This document shows positions 1 through 12,663 of a DNA stretch of 64,000 bases, piece after piece (positions within the stretch are counted from its first letter, which is position 1; each line of letters starts with the position of its first letter). Both the position numbers and the translations under genes were made by a program. The notes below the pieces were generated by a model. That model was not told where the DNA came from, made no database searches, and saw only the letters and a program-made list of their open reading frames with translations. The stretch is from Lama guanicoe. Its lineage: Eukaryota. The stretch is from contig MU054220.1 of the NCBI GenBank assembly GCA_013239625.1, forward strand, positions 8,095,367-8,159,366. Direction: 5' to 3'.

Positions 1-190
1 CAAATGGCAGGATTTCCTTTTTATGGCTGAATAATATTTCATTGTATATATAGACCACAATTTCTTTATACATTCATCTATCAATGGACACTTAGGTTGT
101 TTCCATGTCTTGGCTATTATAAACAATGTTGTTATAAACCTGGAGGTGTAATATCTTTTAGACATAGTGCTTTCATTTCCTTTAGAGAAA
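1..190 (-). mobile_element. LINE-1 fragment (ORF2 end / 3' region)
   Basis: Typical antisense L1 text: ...ttatggctgaataatattcattg...gatggacacttaggttgtttccat... Confidence 0.85.
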
Positions 191-722
191 AATTCTTATT
201 GTAGCATTTAAGTTACACGATTTCCCTTTCTTTTACTAATATACTTGTCCAAATTCTCATACTGATCAGTTGTTCTTTTTTAATTCAAATGTTTGCTTTC
301 ATGGTAATAGTCACATGCTAATTATTACAAATTTAACTCAAATTCACCTTGGACCTCATTCTCATGCATCTGCACCATATGAAAATGCATGTGGCAGCTA
401 AACTGCTAAGTTGTATGCTCTGTTCCTGGGCAAATTACTAGTTATTTGTTTCTTCTACTCCAGTGATCCTGGTGACTCTAACTCCCTACATGTAACTAAT
501 AATTAACAATCTTAGTACTATATCTTTCAGTTCCCAAAGAAAGCTGTGTGGGGGATGGAATCACAATTTCTCCTCTTAAAGTCCCATTTCTATAGTTCTT
601 TCCAGAATATGTTAATTTTTTCTTGAGTTATTTCATTTTGCTCTCTGTCTTTTCCAACCAAAAATAGCTGGGCTAAAACAGAAGACATAATTGTAAACGT
701 GCTTTTCTTAAAACCTACTAAC

Positions 723-842
723 GTATCCAACTCCTTTTAAGTCTGTTTCTAAGTGATTTAATATCACAAGCAAGTGGTTATCACGTAGTTGTAATCAGTC
801 GCTCAAACCTGGAAATAGCCTTTCTCTCACCACAGTCTATCT
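723..842 (-). pseudogene. Possible exon (120 nt)
   Basis: Acceptor ctttctgttttgttggtag, donor TAC|GTTAGT. Reads IDCGERKAISRFERLITTT**PLACDIKSLRNRLKRSWI. Confidence 0.35.
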
Positions 843-1374
843 CTACCAACAAAACAGAAAGTTTGACCTATACTGAACAAATTGTTTATGTTAATCATGA
901 GCGATTAAATAGTAAGTAACACAGCAGGTATTATTATTTAATAAACATGTGCTATCCAATATTTAAATGTAGAGTCATATATTCTCAGCCACTCTTCTCA
1001 TTTTTTTAGCTTTATATTTAAGTGTGTAAAATTGTAAAACTGTTCTAATATTTGACAAAATTACACAGAAGCAATTTCTTCTTTTGCAAGCATAAGAATT
1101 AGAAAATTTTATCTAATTACAGTCAGTTTCCTATGAAGAAGTTTTTAGCCACCAGATTTAATATTGGCTCACTATGATGAAAAGAGTTGCTAAATGCTAT
1201 TTCTTTAACAATAGTAAGTTTGAACTTTTAGAGAATGTAGATTTAGATGAAAGTTACAGAAAAGTGCTTATTTAATAAACCGAATGCTATTAAGATGAAA
1301 CTTACTACATAGAAATGAAAAGCTTTCAGACTGTATCTTCATTAGCTAAGTGGCATGCATTATTATTTTTAAAC

Positions 1375-1463
1375 TTTTAGGCAAAGTAGCATATTCTCTG
1401 TGATTGGTATGTAAATATGCTGATGAGATTTTCAGTGTTTCTGAAAAGAATCTTTTATCTGGC
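1375..1463 (-). pseudogene. Possible exon
   Basis: Acceptor ...ccacattatatag. Open frame PDKRFFSETLKISSAYLHTNHREYATLPK resembles the RGS 'KIxxxYL' helix. Donor weak. Confidence 0.3.
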
Positions 1464-1888
1464 CTATATAATGTGGAGTTGTAATCTCAAGGGGAAAAGT
1501 AGGATGTGGAGCATACAGAAGTAGGTAAATGAGGAAAACTTGTAATCACATGTAACTCAGGAGGCAGAACACAAGTTGTCTTGGTCTAAGTCCACCATCT
1601 ATTGGATATGATACTTTATTACTTCGTTTATGAAAGTAGAAATAGTGTGTATGCATACTTTCATGTTTAAATTATAGAAGTGTGTCTGTGATATGTGTAA
1701 GATTATTTACTATGGGATACTGGTTACTGATTTCTTCCCATGAGCCAGTTGCACTCAACGTAGAGACAGATATAGACAGAGAAATAGATGTGGATAGAGA
1801 TATACATAAAATAGGGAATCAGTAAACAGTATGTGGTAGTAGTGACAGGTGGTAATTGCAGTCATCATCATCATCTTTATTATCATTA

Positions 1889-2303
1889 AAGGTTCCCCTC
1901 TATTCGAAAGTAGAGCATTCCTATGAAACCTTCGGTGAGCCAAAATGGCATAAAGGGAAGAAGTAATTACCTTGGAATACACCAAGCTAACGGATGCACA
2001 CAATAAATCAAGACAAAGCACAGATGCTCGCAGAGTTGAGAGCCATGGTGGCTTGGTGCGGAGATGCTGAGTGGAGGTCCTGTGGAAGGAGTTTAGTGGT
2101 GCCGCTCTCAGGCTTGGGGTGCACACTCCCTCTATAACAGCTCCCTGCAGAACACTGAAGACAATTTTTGTTTTTTTGACTTTTTTCTTAAAAGCAAAAA
2201 ATCCTCTTAGGATTTATTTCAGCTGGCGAAAACGGGTACTCACATAGGTCTTTCATAAAGCAAAGTGGCGTACAGCTATCTTCTGAAAAGTGGGGGATAC
2301 CTG
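1889..2303. mobile_element. Tc1/mariner-Tigger-type non-autonomous DNA transposon
   Basis: Imperfect TIRs (aaggttcccctctattcgaaag ... ttctgaaaagtgggggatacctg) flanked by TA on both sides. Confidence 0.75.
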
Positions 2304-2519
2304 TATTATTATTATTAACTACAGCAAGTCAGCAAGGGATGGTTGATGGCACACATGAGTTTATACATGGTCTACTGAGTAGAGAAAGAATCCAACAATT
2401 AACTTCAACATAATAGACACATACTTTTTGTTTATCAAAAAATTGAACACATGTTTGGGGATATAAAATTGGTTTTTGACAACTTTAATCCTATGTGAAG
2501 GGAAAATTGTTATTTCAAT

Positions 2520-2870
2520 AACGTCTCTCATCTACGCAACACCCTCCAATGGCTTCCCCTCTTACTAGAAGTAAAAGGTAAAATGAAGCACAGAAGGGAC
2601 TGTGTGCTCTGGTCCCCATCATCTCTTTGAACAAGTCTGCTACCACTCTCCCTATGACTCTCCCCCTTGCTTCCTCTGCTCCTGCCACATAGACTGTGTC
2701 GCTTTACTTAAAACCTACTAGGACTGCTCCCATCTTAAGGTTTTGCACTATGTCCAGATACTTTTTCTCCAGACAGCTTAATAATTTAATTCTTTAAATT
2801 ATTCCAGGCTTTGCTCAAATGTCACATCTGAGTGAGACTTAGCCTTACAATGTATACTAGTTTATATATT
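2520..2870 (+). mobile_element. L2 fragment
   Basis: Degenerate L2 3' text (ccctccaatggcttccc...ctcaaatgtcacat). Confidence 0.55.
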
Positions 2871-3404
2871 GCTTTAATCATTTGCTTCTAAGGGAGCCTT
2901 AGCCTGGCATGGGAGGAACAAAGAATTCTATTTTAAAGGACTATCTTCCCTAGATGCTTCTGGATTAGATTTTTATCATTGAGAAGAACTCACATGAGAT
3001 TTAAAAGACAGAAAAAGGAGATGCCATTAACCTCCAGAAACAGCTGCATCTAGAATCTTGGGCAGGGAGAAATTCCGAGTAATTGTTTGTAATTTTCTCA
3101 AATTAATGTGTTTAAATGTATATTAGCATGTTTAAATAAGAAAATTTTAGTAAGAGAAAAATCACTTTCAGATAAGCAAAACTGAGACAGATTACCACAA
3201 GTAGATTCTATGACAAGAGATTCTAAAGAATTCGTTTCAAGAAAGAAGGAAAAAAAGTCCTAGAAGGACAGTCTGAAGGGAAAGAAAAAGTGGCAAATAA
3301 ATAGGTAAACATAGACAAAATAATAATTAGTATAAAATTATAACAATGATGAAGTTCATCTATGCCATTAAAAAGCACAGAACTTTATGAGAATTAAAAT
3401 ACAG

Positions 3405-4420
3405 GTCACAGACTGGCAGAAAATATTAGCAAAACATAGATCTGGAAAAAGACTAGCACCAAAAATATACAAAGAACTCTTAAAACCCAACAATAAGAAA
3501 ACAAATAACCTAAATAAAACTTAAAAATGGACCAAAGATCTGAACAGATAACCTCATCAAAGAAAACATACAGATGGCAAATACGCATATGAAGAAAAGC
3601 TCAGTATCATGCATCATTAGGGAGCAGCAAACTAAAACAAGATACCACTCCAGACCTGTTAACAATGGCTAAAATCCAAAACACTGTAAACACCAAATGC
3701 TGGCGAGCATGTGGAGCTACAGGAACTCTCATTCATTGCTTGAGGGAATGCAAAATGGTACAGCCCCTTTGGAAGACAGTTTGACACTTTCTTACAAAAC
3801 TAAGCATACTCTTACAAAATGATCTAGCAACCATGCTTCTTGGTATTTACTCAAGTTAGCTGAAAACTAACATACACTCAAAAGTGTACTTTCCAATGTT
3901 TTTAGCAGCTTTACTTATAGCTGCCAAAACATGGAAGCAGCCAAGATGTCCATCAGTAGGTGAATGGATAAAATGTGGTACATCCCTACAATAAAATAAT
4001 ATTCAGCAATAAAAAAGTGACCTGGTAGAATGAAAGTCACAGCATAAACTTAAATGCACATTGGTTGCTAAGTGAAAGAAGCCAGATCTGAACAGGTCAC
4101 CTACTGCATGATTCCCACTATATGACATTCTGTAAAAGGCAAAACTATGGACACAGTGAAAAGATCAGTGGTTGCCAAGGATTCAGGAAGCTGGAGGGAA
4201 GGATTACTAGGTGGAGCACAGGGGCTTTTTAAGGCAGCAGAACTATTCTATGTGATACTGTAATGATGGATTCATGTCATCATGCATTTGTCGAAACCCA
4301 TGGAATGTACAACACAAAGAGTGAACCCTAATGTAAACTATGGACTTTAATTAATAACCATGTATCAACTTTGGCTCATCAACTTTAACAAATGCATCCA
4401 CCCTAATTCAAGTTGTTAAT
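3405..4420 (+). mobile_element. L1M (L1MB/L1MC-like) ORF2 end and 3'UTR
   Basis: Recognisable ORF2 C-terminal text and 3'UTR aagagtgaaccctaatgtaaactatggacttt. Confidence 0.85.
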
Positions 4421-4989
4421 GATATGATATGTATGCAAAGCTATTCAAGATAATTGATACAAAACGTATAAATGGGTTCTGTAGGCACTCTGGATAAATT
4501 GTCAAGTGATGGCATCACGTGTGAATTTAAAAACTGCTATATATCGAACATCTCCAAAAGAGGAGCTTAGGATGTACTTGGCAATACTTTTATAAGTTTA
4601 TTATTCAAAACGTGGCTGATGTAATGCTAAAGGCACTGATGGGTTCAGTAAGAGACTGAAACAAATTTTTCCATAAATTGTGATAATGGACAAATGTAAT
4701 AAGATAAGTATTATATTATTGCACATAATTTATACTTATGGGGGGTCAGTATAATTAAATTCATGTAAAAATCATAGCACCAGTTATTCAGAATTAATAC
4801 AATTAAAAATTAATACAATTATTCAGAAATATTTTTATGCACATAGACACAGACAAAATAATCTACAGACAAATTTTTAAAACATAAAATGTTTCATAAG
4901 GTGGTTGGTCTAAGATTAATGAGGATAAGTTAGCCACATCAAACAACCAGAAAATGCCACTTACAAGAAGACACAATTTAAACGGTGTC

Positions 4990-7900
4990 AGAGACTATAG
5001 AATGCCTTGGATTAAATCATAAAGCCATCTCTCAGACTTCAATGTGGAAAACTGTAAAATACTATTGGATATGGTAAGTAAGATGACAATAATTAAAGTG
5101 TCAAATCATGTTGATGAATAAAAAGATGAAATGTTATTGCACTGTTATTATTTGCAAATTGATCTACAGTTTTAATGTAATTCCAAGTAGTACTCTTCAA
5201 GAACTTTGTATGATTTTGTAAGTTGATTCTCAAATTTATTTTGAAGAGTCAAATCTTCCATTTCTTGATAAAATAGGATAGCTTGTCTACGATGAATCTC
5301 CTCACTGAGAACAATTAGAAAAAACAGACAAAACTGAAATAAGCGAGTATCTTGCAGCATCAGAGAACTAAGACAGCAAGGACTTGAGAGGCAGACAACC
5401 TGGTGAGAGGGGATGTCTACTGAGCTGATCTCTGTGTTTTCTGCATAGTGTTCCTCTCTGTCCTTGCTAATCATTAAATAGCAGCTGAAAGGTTAGAAGC
5501 TGAGCAGGAATTGATGGCTACAAACCTGAGAAACTGACAGGCTTCTGACCTTCTGCTAATGCTGTATGAATAAAAATTATAATCTAGGAGATCTAGTAAA
5601 CATTTCAAGCTCTCCTTTGAGACTCTTGAAAGCAAACAACATATGCATAAACGCTAATACTCAGAAAGCCTGGAAACCAGCTTGGAATAAGATCAAACCC
5701 AGATTCAAGTGAGGGAACTGCCATAACTTGTCTGCCAAAATCAAAAATAAGTTCTACCAGGACAAACAGAACTACATTCAGAGCTTCATATGTTCCCTTC
5801 AATTTTCATAGCCAGTGTCCACTGTTCAATCAATACCTGTCAATCAAGCATATCAAGACGCAGGAGGACTTAACAAAGAAAAACAAAAGCAACAGAATAA
5901 ACTAAATAGTGAAAATATGAAAATATTAGAGAATCTAAGCAGAGATTTTCAAAAAAGAAGCAAATGAGAATTCCATATCTAAAAAAATGCAATCACTGAA
6001 ACTAAGAACTCAAGAGGATTCAAGGCCAGGTAAAATACAGCAAGGCAGAAGATGCATATCTTGGAAGACAGGACAAGAGAAAATAATCTGAAGCATGAAA
6101 GAAAAATATTTTAAGATTAATGCATAAAAGAAGCAAGAGACATATGGAACGTAAAAAAATTAACATAAAGGCAGCTAGATCCAAGAAGAGAAGAAAGAGA
6201 ATGAGGCTGAAGAATCTTTGAAGATAAAATGATGAAGAATTTTTTTAATACTGGTGAAATATCATGCCAGAGATTTAAAACCATTCTGAATGCCAAACAG
6301 AATATATCTAAAGCAAACCACAGAGGCTTTTCATGGCAAATCTGCTGAAAATCAGAGACAAAAAGAAATCCTTAAAAGTAACCAGAGGAAAACACATTAT
6401 TTTAAACAATCAACAATAAGACTTAACAGCAATGGAAATAATGGAAATTACACTACAAAGGAATAAAATCTTTGAAAATCTGAAAGAAAATAACTCACAA
6501 CGTAGAATTATATATACAGTGAAAATATTCCTCAAAATTTGGGGAAAATGATGATTTCCTTAGGCCAAGAAAAAGTGAAAGAATTTTTTGTCAGCAGCCC
6601 CACATCTTAAAAAAACAAAACTAATGAATGTAAAATATTATTAAAGCAATAAGAATGCACCCAACAGAATGCACAACATACGTGCACCAAAAGGTGTTCA
6701 AAAATGTTTAAAAATACTCATGGCAGTGTGAACAAAAAATACTGCAAAACGTATCAATAAACAAAGAATGCTGAAGCCATCAAGTCATCAGCGGCTGCCA
6801 CCACCCCCCAGTGAACACAAGACTGCAGCCCAGCCTCTTCAGCCACGCACCATGGTGCACCCTGAGGGGACTCAGAATAAGACAGGATATTGGCCCTAGA
6901 TAGCGAGGTGCTTGTCAAAGGAATGAATTCAATGAGCCCAAATGTTTGCTTCCTCCCATACACAGAAAAGCACTAAATTCTTTAACTTGAGATGCCTGGT
7001 TTTCTTTAGTTAACAAGTAATCTTTTAATGCTCCAACTACCTGGTCTTTGTTGTAAAGTCCTATATATCCTAGCTCCTCCCCTACCTCTCTGGAGCAGTC
7101 CCTCAGAGCCATCTGAAAGGCTGTCATGTCGGCTCGAGTCCTCCCACCAAGTAAAACAACTCTCAACTTTTAGGCTGTGTGTTTATTTCAGTCGACAGCA
7201 GCTCTATATGCAATAGTCCCAAACTCAGTACAGCCAAAATGCCTATGAACAGTAGAATATAAAAATATGCTCTTCTATTTCTTAAATTAAATACTGCATA
7301 GTCATAATTAGGAACAGCCTGCTCCTACTAAAACCTGGAAAAGTCTCACAGATGTAATTTTGAGGAAGAAATCCAGATACAACAATAAATAAGTCATCCA
7401 ACATACCTGGGTTTCAAAATCAGGCAAATTAACTGATGTTGTTAGAAGCTAAGATTATGGTTGCTTTTGTGGAGAACTGTGGGAATAGGAAATTGGAGGG
7501 TTACAAGAGGGCTTTTCCAGTACTGATTACAGTCTATTTCTTTATATCAGTCATAATCGGTTGATTATATCCCTTGTGAATATTTATGAGTACACTTATG
7601 CTTGATATTTGCATACAATTATATTTGGTGCTTTGTTGTATATTTGTTATACTTTGATGAGAAATAAAAAGAAACAGCCAAGACAATCAATCAAAAGAAA
7701 AAAAGAGTCATTCCACCCTTGTATAAAACAGGAATATTAACAAATGCAGTACTGGTAAAGATACACATAAATTAACGAAAGAAGCCGATGAGAGGGTGCA
7801 GAGAGAGATGCAGTTATATATGAAAACCTGGCACTGCATGTTACTGGATCAAGGAGAAAATGGTCAATAAACAAAAATAAGAAAATTATTTTATAGGAAA

Positions 7901-8990
7901 AGGAGGATTGTGCATTCCTACTTGACAATTTTCAAGAAACTAATAAAGACTTCAATGTAAAATAAATAATTTATCATTTAGAAGAAATTATAGAAGTATA
8001 CTTTTATTATAATTGGGAACAACGTCCTTTTTTAACAATAGACAATAAAAGGTAATCACAAGCAAAAAATTGGTAAGTCAATTTTATAAAAAAAAAAGAT
8101 TTTTATCACACTGCACCATAAAGGAAGTGGAAAGCTAGGATAAAATATGGGGGAAGATATGTATAGCACTATATATAACTAACACAAAACTGTAACATAC
8201 TGAACCCATAAGGAATGTCTACGAATTGCAAAGAAAAAGACTAAGCACTTAATAGAAAAAATAGATAAAAGACATGGATGGAAACTTTATAAAGAAGGAA
8301 GCATGATTAATGAATTAACTAGTGAAAAGCTTTCAACCTCATTTGTTATAAAGGAAATGCAAATTACCACCATTATAGGCACCGTTTTACACCAACTTGA
8401 AGGTCAACAGTGAGGAAATGTAATTCCAGTTGTAAAGAATGTTGTAAATCAACAGGAATTCCTACACAATGTGGTTGATAGGTACATTGTAGGAATACTT
8501 TCAAAAACAATTTGGCATTATCTTGTTAAGCTGAGCGGTAGTATATCCTATAACTCATCACTATCTCTTCTCATACATGTATTTTAGGAATTCTTGCGTG
8601 TGAACCCCAAGGAACATGCACCGGACAGGTTTCAGGAGCACAGTTTATTAAAGCAGATAATTTTAATAACAAACCCAAACACCATAAGCAAAATTTTAAA
8701 ACATCATTTTAAGGAGTACTGTACACTAGTGAAAAATCAATTACAACCAGAAACAATAATAGAAATCTTATAAAGATACTGTTGAAGAAAAAGTCACAGA
8801 ATATAACCTACGTGCAATGACACTCATATAAGATCTAAAACAAGTAAAAACAAATAATACCTTATTTAAGATTCACACATAATTACAGGATTTTTAAAAA
8901 GAAAGTGGTAGCTAAAATATGCAAGGAAGTGTGAAGGTCTGTATGAGACACAGGCTATGGGATAGGAGACAGACCATAGGTTGAAATGGT
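4990..8990 (+). mobile_element. Cluster of old L1M/L1ME fragments (ORF1, ORF2, 3'UTR)
   Basis: A-rich degenerate ORF1-like text at 5900-6630. 3' fragments at 6650-7670 (split by an LTR) and 7900-8990. Confidence 0.65.
6727..7197 (+). mobile_element. ERV1 solo LTR (MER41-like)
   Basis: TG...CA ends, perfect 4-bp TSD GCAG (6723-6726 / 7198-7201), TATA-like ctatatat, and a MER41-type 3' end ...ttcagtcgaca. Confidence 0.85.
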
Positions 8991-9219
8991 ATTGACGCCG
9001 TTCCAGTGTGAGAGCAAGACAAAATTAAGAGAATAGTGACACGCTTACGTTATACATACACTAAACAGTTCTAGTTTATACTCTTATTCCATATAAAAGG
9101 TCCTGGAAAATGTACTACTTTTACATTACGTTAATTTTTCTTATTTTTCTTGTTTGTGACCTCGCACAAAGTAAGCCTGGCGCAATGCAAACAGTACTAC
9201 ATATTCTCAAAGGGCTTAC

Positions 9220-9288
9220 TTAGACCTCTTCGCGCACAGCAGCACAGTGCTGCAGGGGACGAGAGTCTTGCCAGACACAAAGTACACG
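9220..9288 (-). pseudogene. Candidate exon (69 nt)
   Basis: Acceptor ttttaatcttgtattatgcttggcag, donor TAA|GTAAGC. A GC/CpG-richer patch in AT DNA. Reads VYFVSGKTLVPCSTVLLCAKRS, phase-compatible with the previous exon. Confidence 0.55.
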
Positions 9289-10090
9289 CTGCCAAGCATA
9301 ATACAAGATTAAAACATAAAATGGTAACTGTGAACTCTGGATCCTCCTTTTCAGTGCTCTTCACGTCTGAATGCTCATGTTTAACATGAGTTAGATACAT
9401 AATTTCTTGGTTGATAAAAGTTACCACTATTTTATTTGCTTCTTTTTTTTTTTTTTGAAAACTTGTAGATGAGTCAATTACTTATTGGCAAAAGGTAAGT
9501 TCTAATCCTCAGTTGAAAATTCTTGGAATCTGCTCTTTTTCTTGTGTAATAATAACGGTTGGGGAATGAGGTATATACTTACGTTGTTTAACATTATACT
9601 GTCAACATGTCTTTATGTTGCACATACAATTAATGTCAGGATATCCTTACCCAAAACAGGTGTTTAACACATAAACATTCTAAATAAATAAAAGCAATGT
9701 TTGATACTCTCTTCAGATATCTCAAATAAATTTTAAAAGTATCAGTAGCCCACTCTTTATCCCATAGACTTTCTGTGGTTTCCCGAAAATGATTTTCCCT
9801 CTGTCCTCCTATTAATTTTGTGCTACTTCTCTCTAGGATAAAGCAAAAATCAGCTCTCTTCCTTAATAATTTTATCTTCTCTTTAGCTAGTCAATATAAA
9901 ACAGAGCCACAATACTGACATGCAGGTGTTACTATCACAAAGTAAAATATAAATATGTTGAATGATAATGTTAATACTACAAAGTTATTCAACATTGTAA
10001 CTTATCCTCATCAACACTTAATCTACTATCTTTTAACAGACCATATAATAAACTTTTTGTTGATGAATAATTTTATAGTCCACAACATAC

Positions 10091-10256
10091 CTATTTTCGA
10101 ACATTTCTTTTTTTTCTGCAACAAAGACAACTCTGTTTCAGCTGATCTTTTATTTTACAGCTCCCGACACTTTAGGAGGATTTTTACAAACAGCTGAAAA
10201 ATACTTCATATTTTTACAGTAATCCAGCCATTTTTCTTAAATCCAGGTCAGATTCC
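10091..10256 (-). pseudogene. Candidate exon (166 nt)
   Basis: Acceptor ...gatttctag, donor TAG|GTATGT. Reads NLTWI*EKWLDYCKNMKYFSAVCKNPPKVSGAVK*KIS*NRVVFVAEKKEMFEN. Confidence 0.55.
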
Positions 10257-11113
10257 CTAGAAATCTCTTAAAATGTAAAACTGTAACATTCTGCAGCATA
10301 TTTCTATGCCTAGGGCTAGATTTTATGCAGTTTATCTCTCACCATCCGTCCTGTTGAATCATAAATGGACACCTATAATCAATTACAGATCAAATCAGAG
10401 ATTCCCCATACTATTTCATAAGAAAAATGACTTTTTTGGTGTCCCAAGAGATTTCTTTTTTATTGAGATTGATGCAAAACTTGAATTTGCTTATAACTTT
10501 TTTGAAATGGTGATAACAAGAGGGCTTTTGAATTAAAGATGTACATGACACAACTTATTTGGGTTTTCTGGCCTGATGATTAAGAGTAACTACCATTCAT
10601 TTTCATATGACCTGTCAGTTTGCTGACCTCTTTATCTCGGGGCAAAATTGGCTAATTTACCCCAAACTTGGTTATGAACAAGAACATTTATCTTATGTGC
10701 TGAAAATCCTTATTCTAATTCTATGTTCACTTTGTTCTGAAATACTGCCTGACATCATAAAACATTTAAGCTTGCGCTTAGGATATGTAACAGAGCAGAT
10801 TCCTCAGAAATCCTCACCACAATTAAGATAGTGGAGACTCTTAGAAACACTTGCATATTTTCTCCATTTAATTGCTCTAACTGAAAATGCTTCTGAAAAT
10901 GAGACTGTTCATAACTGTATCATGATGCTTGTTGGGAAAGCATAACAGACTTCAACCGTTCACACATCTTTGCTAGTCTGTTAAACACAATGATCTCATA
11001 CTGGTTCTACCAGAATTGTCTTAGGATTTATAGAGTGCCAACAGTCAACATCAATTTGACTTTAATGCCTTAGAGTCTCACATCTATTATACAGATGGAA
11101 TTCAACCACTTAC

Positions 11114-11292
11114 GTAACAATGCGGATCTCAACTACAGACTTCTAAATAAGGGGGATCCACTATATTTCCCAATGAACGTACTTGACTTTGCAGATGGGT
11201 TTCACCAACGTTTGGTTACTAAATTTACTTCAAACTATAGCCCATGCTTTTACTAGTCTATATATTCAGAAGCTGATAATACAGCACACACC
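11114..11292 (-). pseudogene. Candidate exon (179 nt)
   Basis: Acceptor ctttacctcttgtgatgtacttag, donor TAC|GTAAGT. One frame ends QVRSLGNIVDPPYLEVCS*DPHCY, resembling the start of an RGS domain. Confidence 0.5.
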
Positions 11293-11744
11293 CTAAGTAC
11301 ATCACAAGAGGTAAAGACTAAAAGTTCAGGAAATTTTTACTCTAGTTACTGAAATCTAATAGCTAAGTTGCTTTTTTTCTTTATCCTTCATTGGGACAAC
11401 AGGCTAGCTATTTTCCTCATGTGGACAGAGTTTTTAGTCATTTTAAAGCAATGAATTTAAACAAATTTTGATGAAAAAATAATTAGATACCTTTTTTGGT
11501 CTTTACGACTTTCTATAAAAGGGTTAAAAAGACTAGTCTCAGAAGATAGGATCTGGAATTTTGGTAAAAATCAATCCATTAAAGTGTCCTTTTACGTAAT
11601 TCTATAGTTATACAGGAAAAAATCTATAAAATTTTATTTTAATATCTTAAATGAGTATTTTAACCAAAAACGATTTATGCTTCAGTAGAATTAGGAGGAA
11701 GGAAACTGAAATTATTTATATGGTTGTTTCCATTAAAATCTGTC

Positions 11745-12078
11745 CAGATATGCTCATCAAATAAGTGAAATGCATTCTCCTTGGCTTCTTTTGATTAATA
11801 TCACAGTCTACTTCTTTGAATAATAAAAGCTATCCATCTCAATTCCCTGGTCATGGCTATATCTGTGATTTTTGCCCTGAACCTCAAGAAGATGTAACAT
11901 CTAATTCAATTCTACAGCAGAACTTATGCAAATATATTCCTTTGCTTTCTCTCCTAACCCATCTAGCCCTTGCTCTTCAATCTTGCAGATTTCATTAAGT
12001 CATTTATTCAATGCAAAGTTTTAGATTTGTTTGAGGCTTCTCTTTTAATTTAATAGCATCTTCATTTAAAAAATTTTT
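11745..12078 (-). pseudogene. Candidate exon encoding the RGS-like domain core
   Basis: Acceptor ...ttataacag. A single frame reads KNFLNEDAIKLKEKPQTNLKLCIE*MT**NLQD*RARARWVRRESKGIYLHKFCCRIELDVTSS*...LLLFKEVDCDINQKKPRRMHFTYLMS. Donor not identified. Confidence 0.55.
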
Positions 12079-12320
12079 CTGTTATAATCTTTACAAATAG
12101 ATGACATCAGAAGAAAAAACATGAGAATCTCTTAAGTTATTTGCCTGATACGCTTTTTATTAAGTGGTCTGCATTGCCACAACCAACAAAATAAGCTTAT
12201 CTGAGGTGTCCTTTAATGGGGTTATAAATAATCTTGTTTCTATTTTTTATAATCTCAGTTCACCGATTACTACTAAAAACTGCGTTTTTTTTTTAAATTA
12301 AAGGGAATAACATAAGGTTT

Positions 12321-12663
12321 TGTAAAAAATAATAAAGAGAAACCTCTATTAAATAGAGTTGAAAAACCACAAGGGGGAGCTCTCATGCCCTGAGACAACA
12401 GAGCCCCACAGGCAGAAGGAAAATTCTTCCCTGGCGGGAACTCAGCCAGTGAAAACAAGCTGACTCAGTGGACTCTGTTCACTCTCACCCTCCCGACTCC
12501 CTTCTCCTCTCTATAAAAGCATTCTCCTTCCTTTGCCATGGAGGGACTTTGCCTGTAGCTCACCACGGTTGCAGACCCTGAATTATTACACTTTTCTACT
12601 GAACCCAAATAAACCCATCTTTGCTGAAGAAGGATCCGGCAGTCTACCTGCTACAGGTGGACA
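12321..12663 (+). mobile_element. ERV1 solo LTR
   Basis: TG...CA ends, 4-bp TSD GTTT, TATAAAA at ~12512 and AATAAA at ~12608. Confidence 0.85.

Noticed and set aside
1755..2126. 123-aa ORF
   Set aside because: It spans a Tigger-like element and low-complexity DNA.
11114..11292. Tudor-domain reading (VCAVLS...CKVKYV..GN)
   Set aside because: It needs two frameshifts and several substitutions, and the spacing to neighbouring motifs does not fit. The RGS reading explains more exons.
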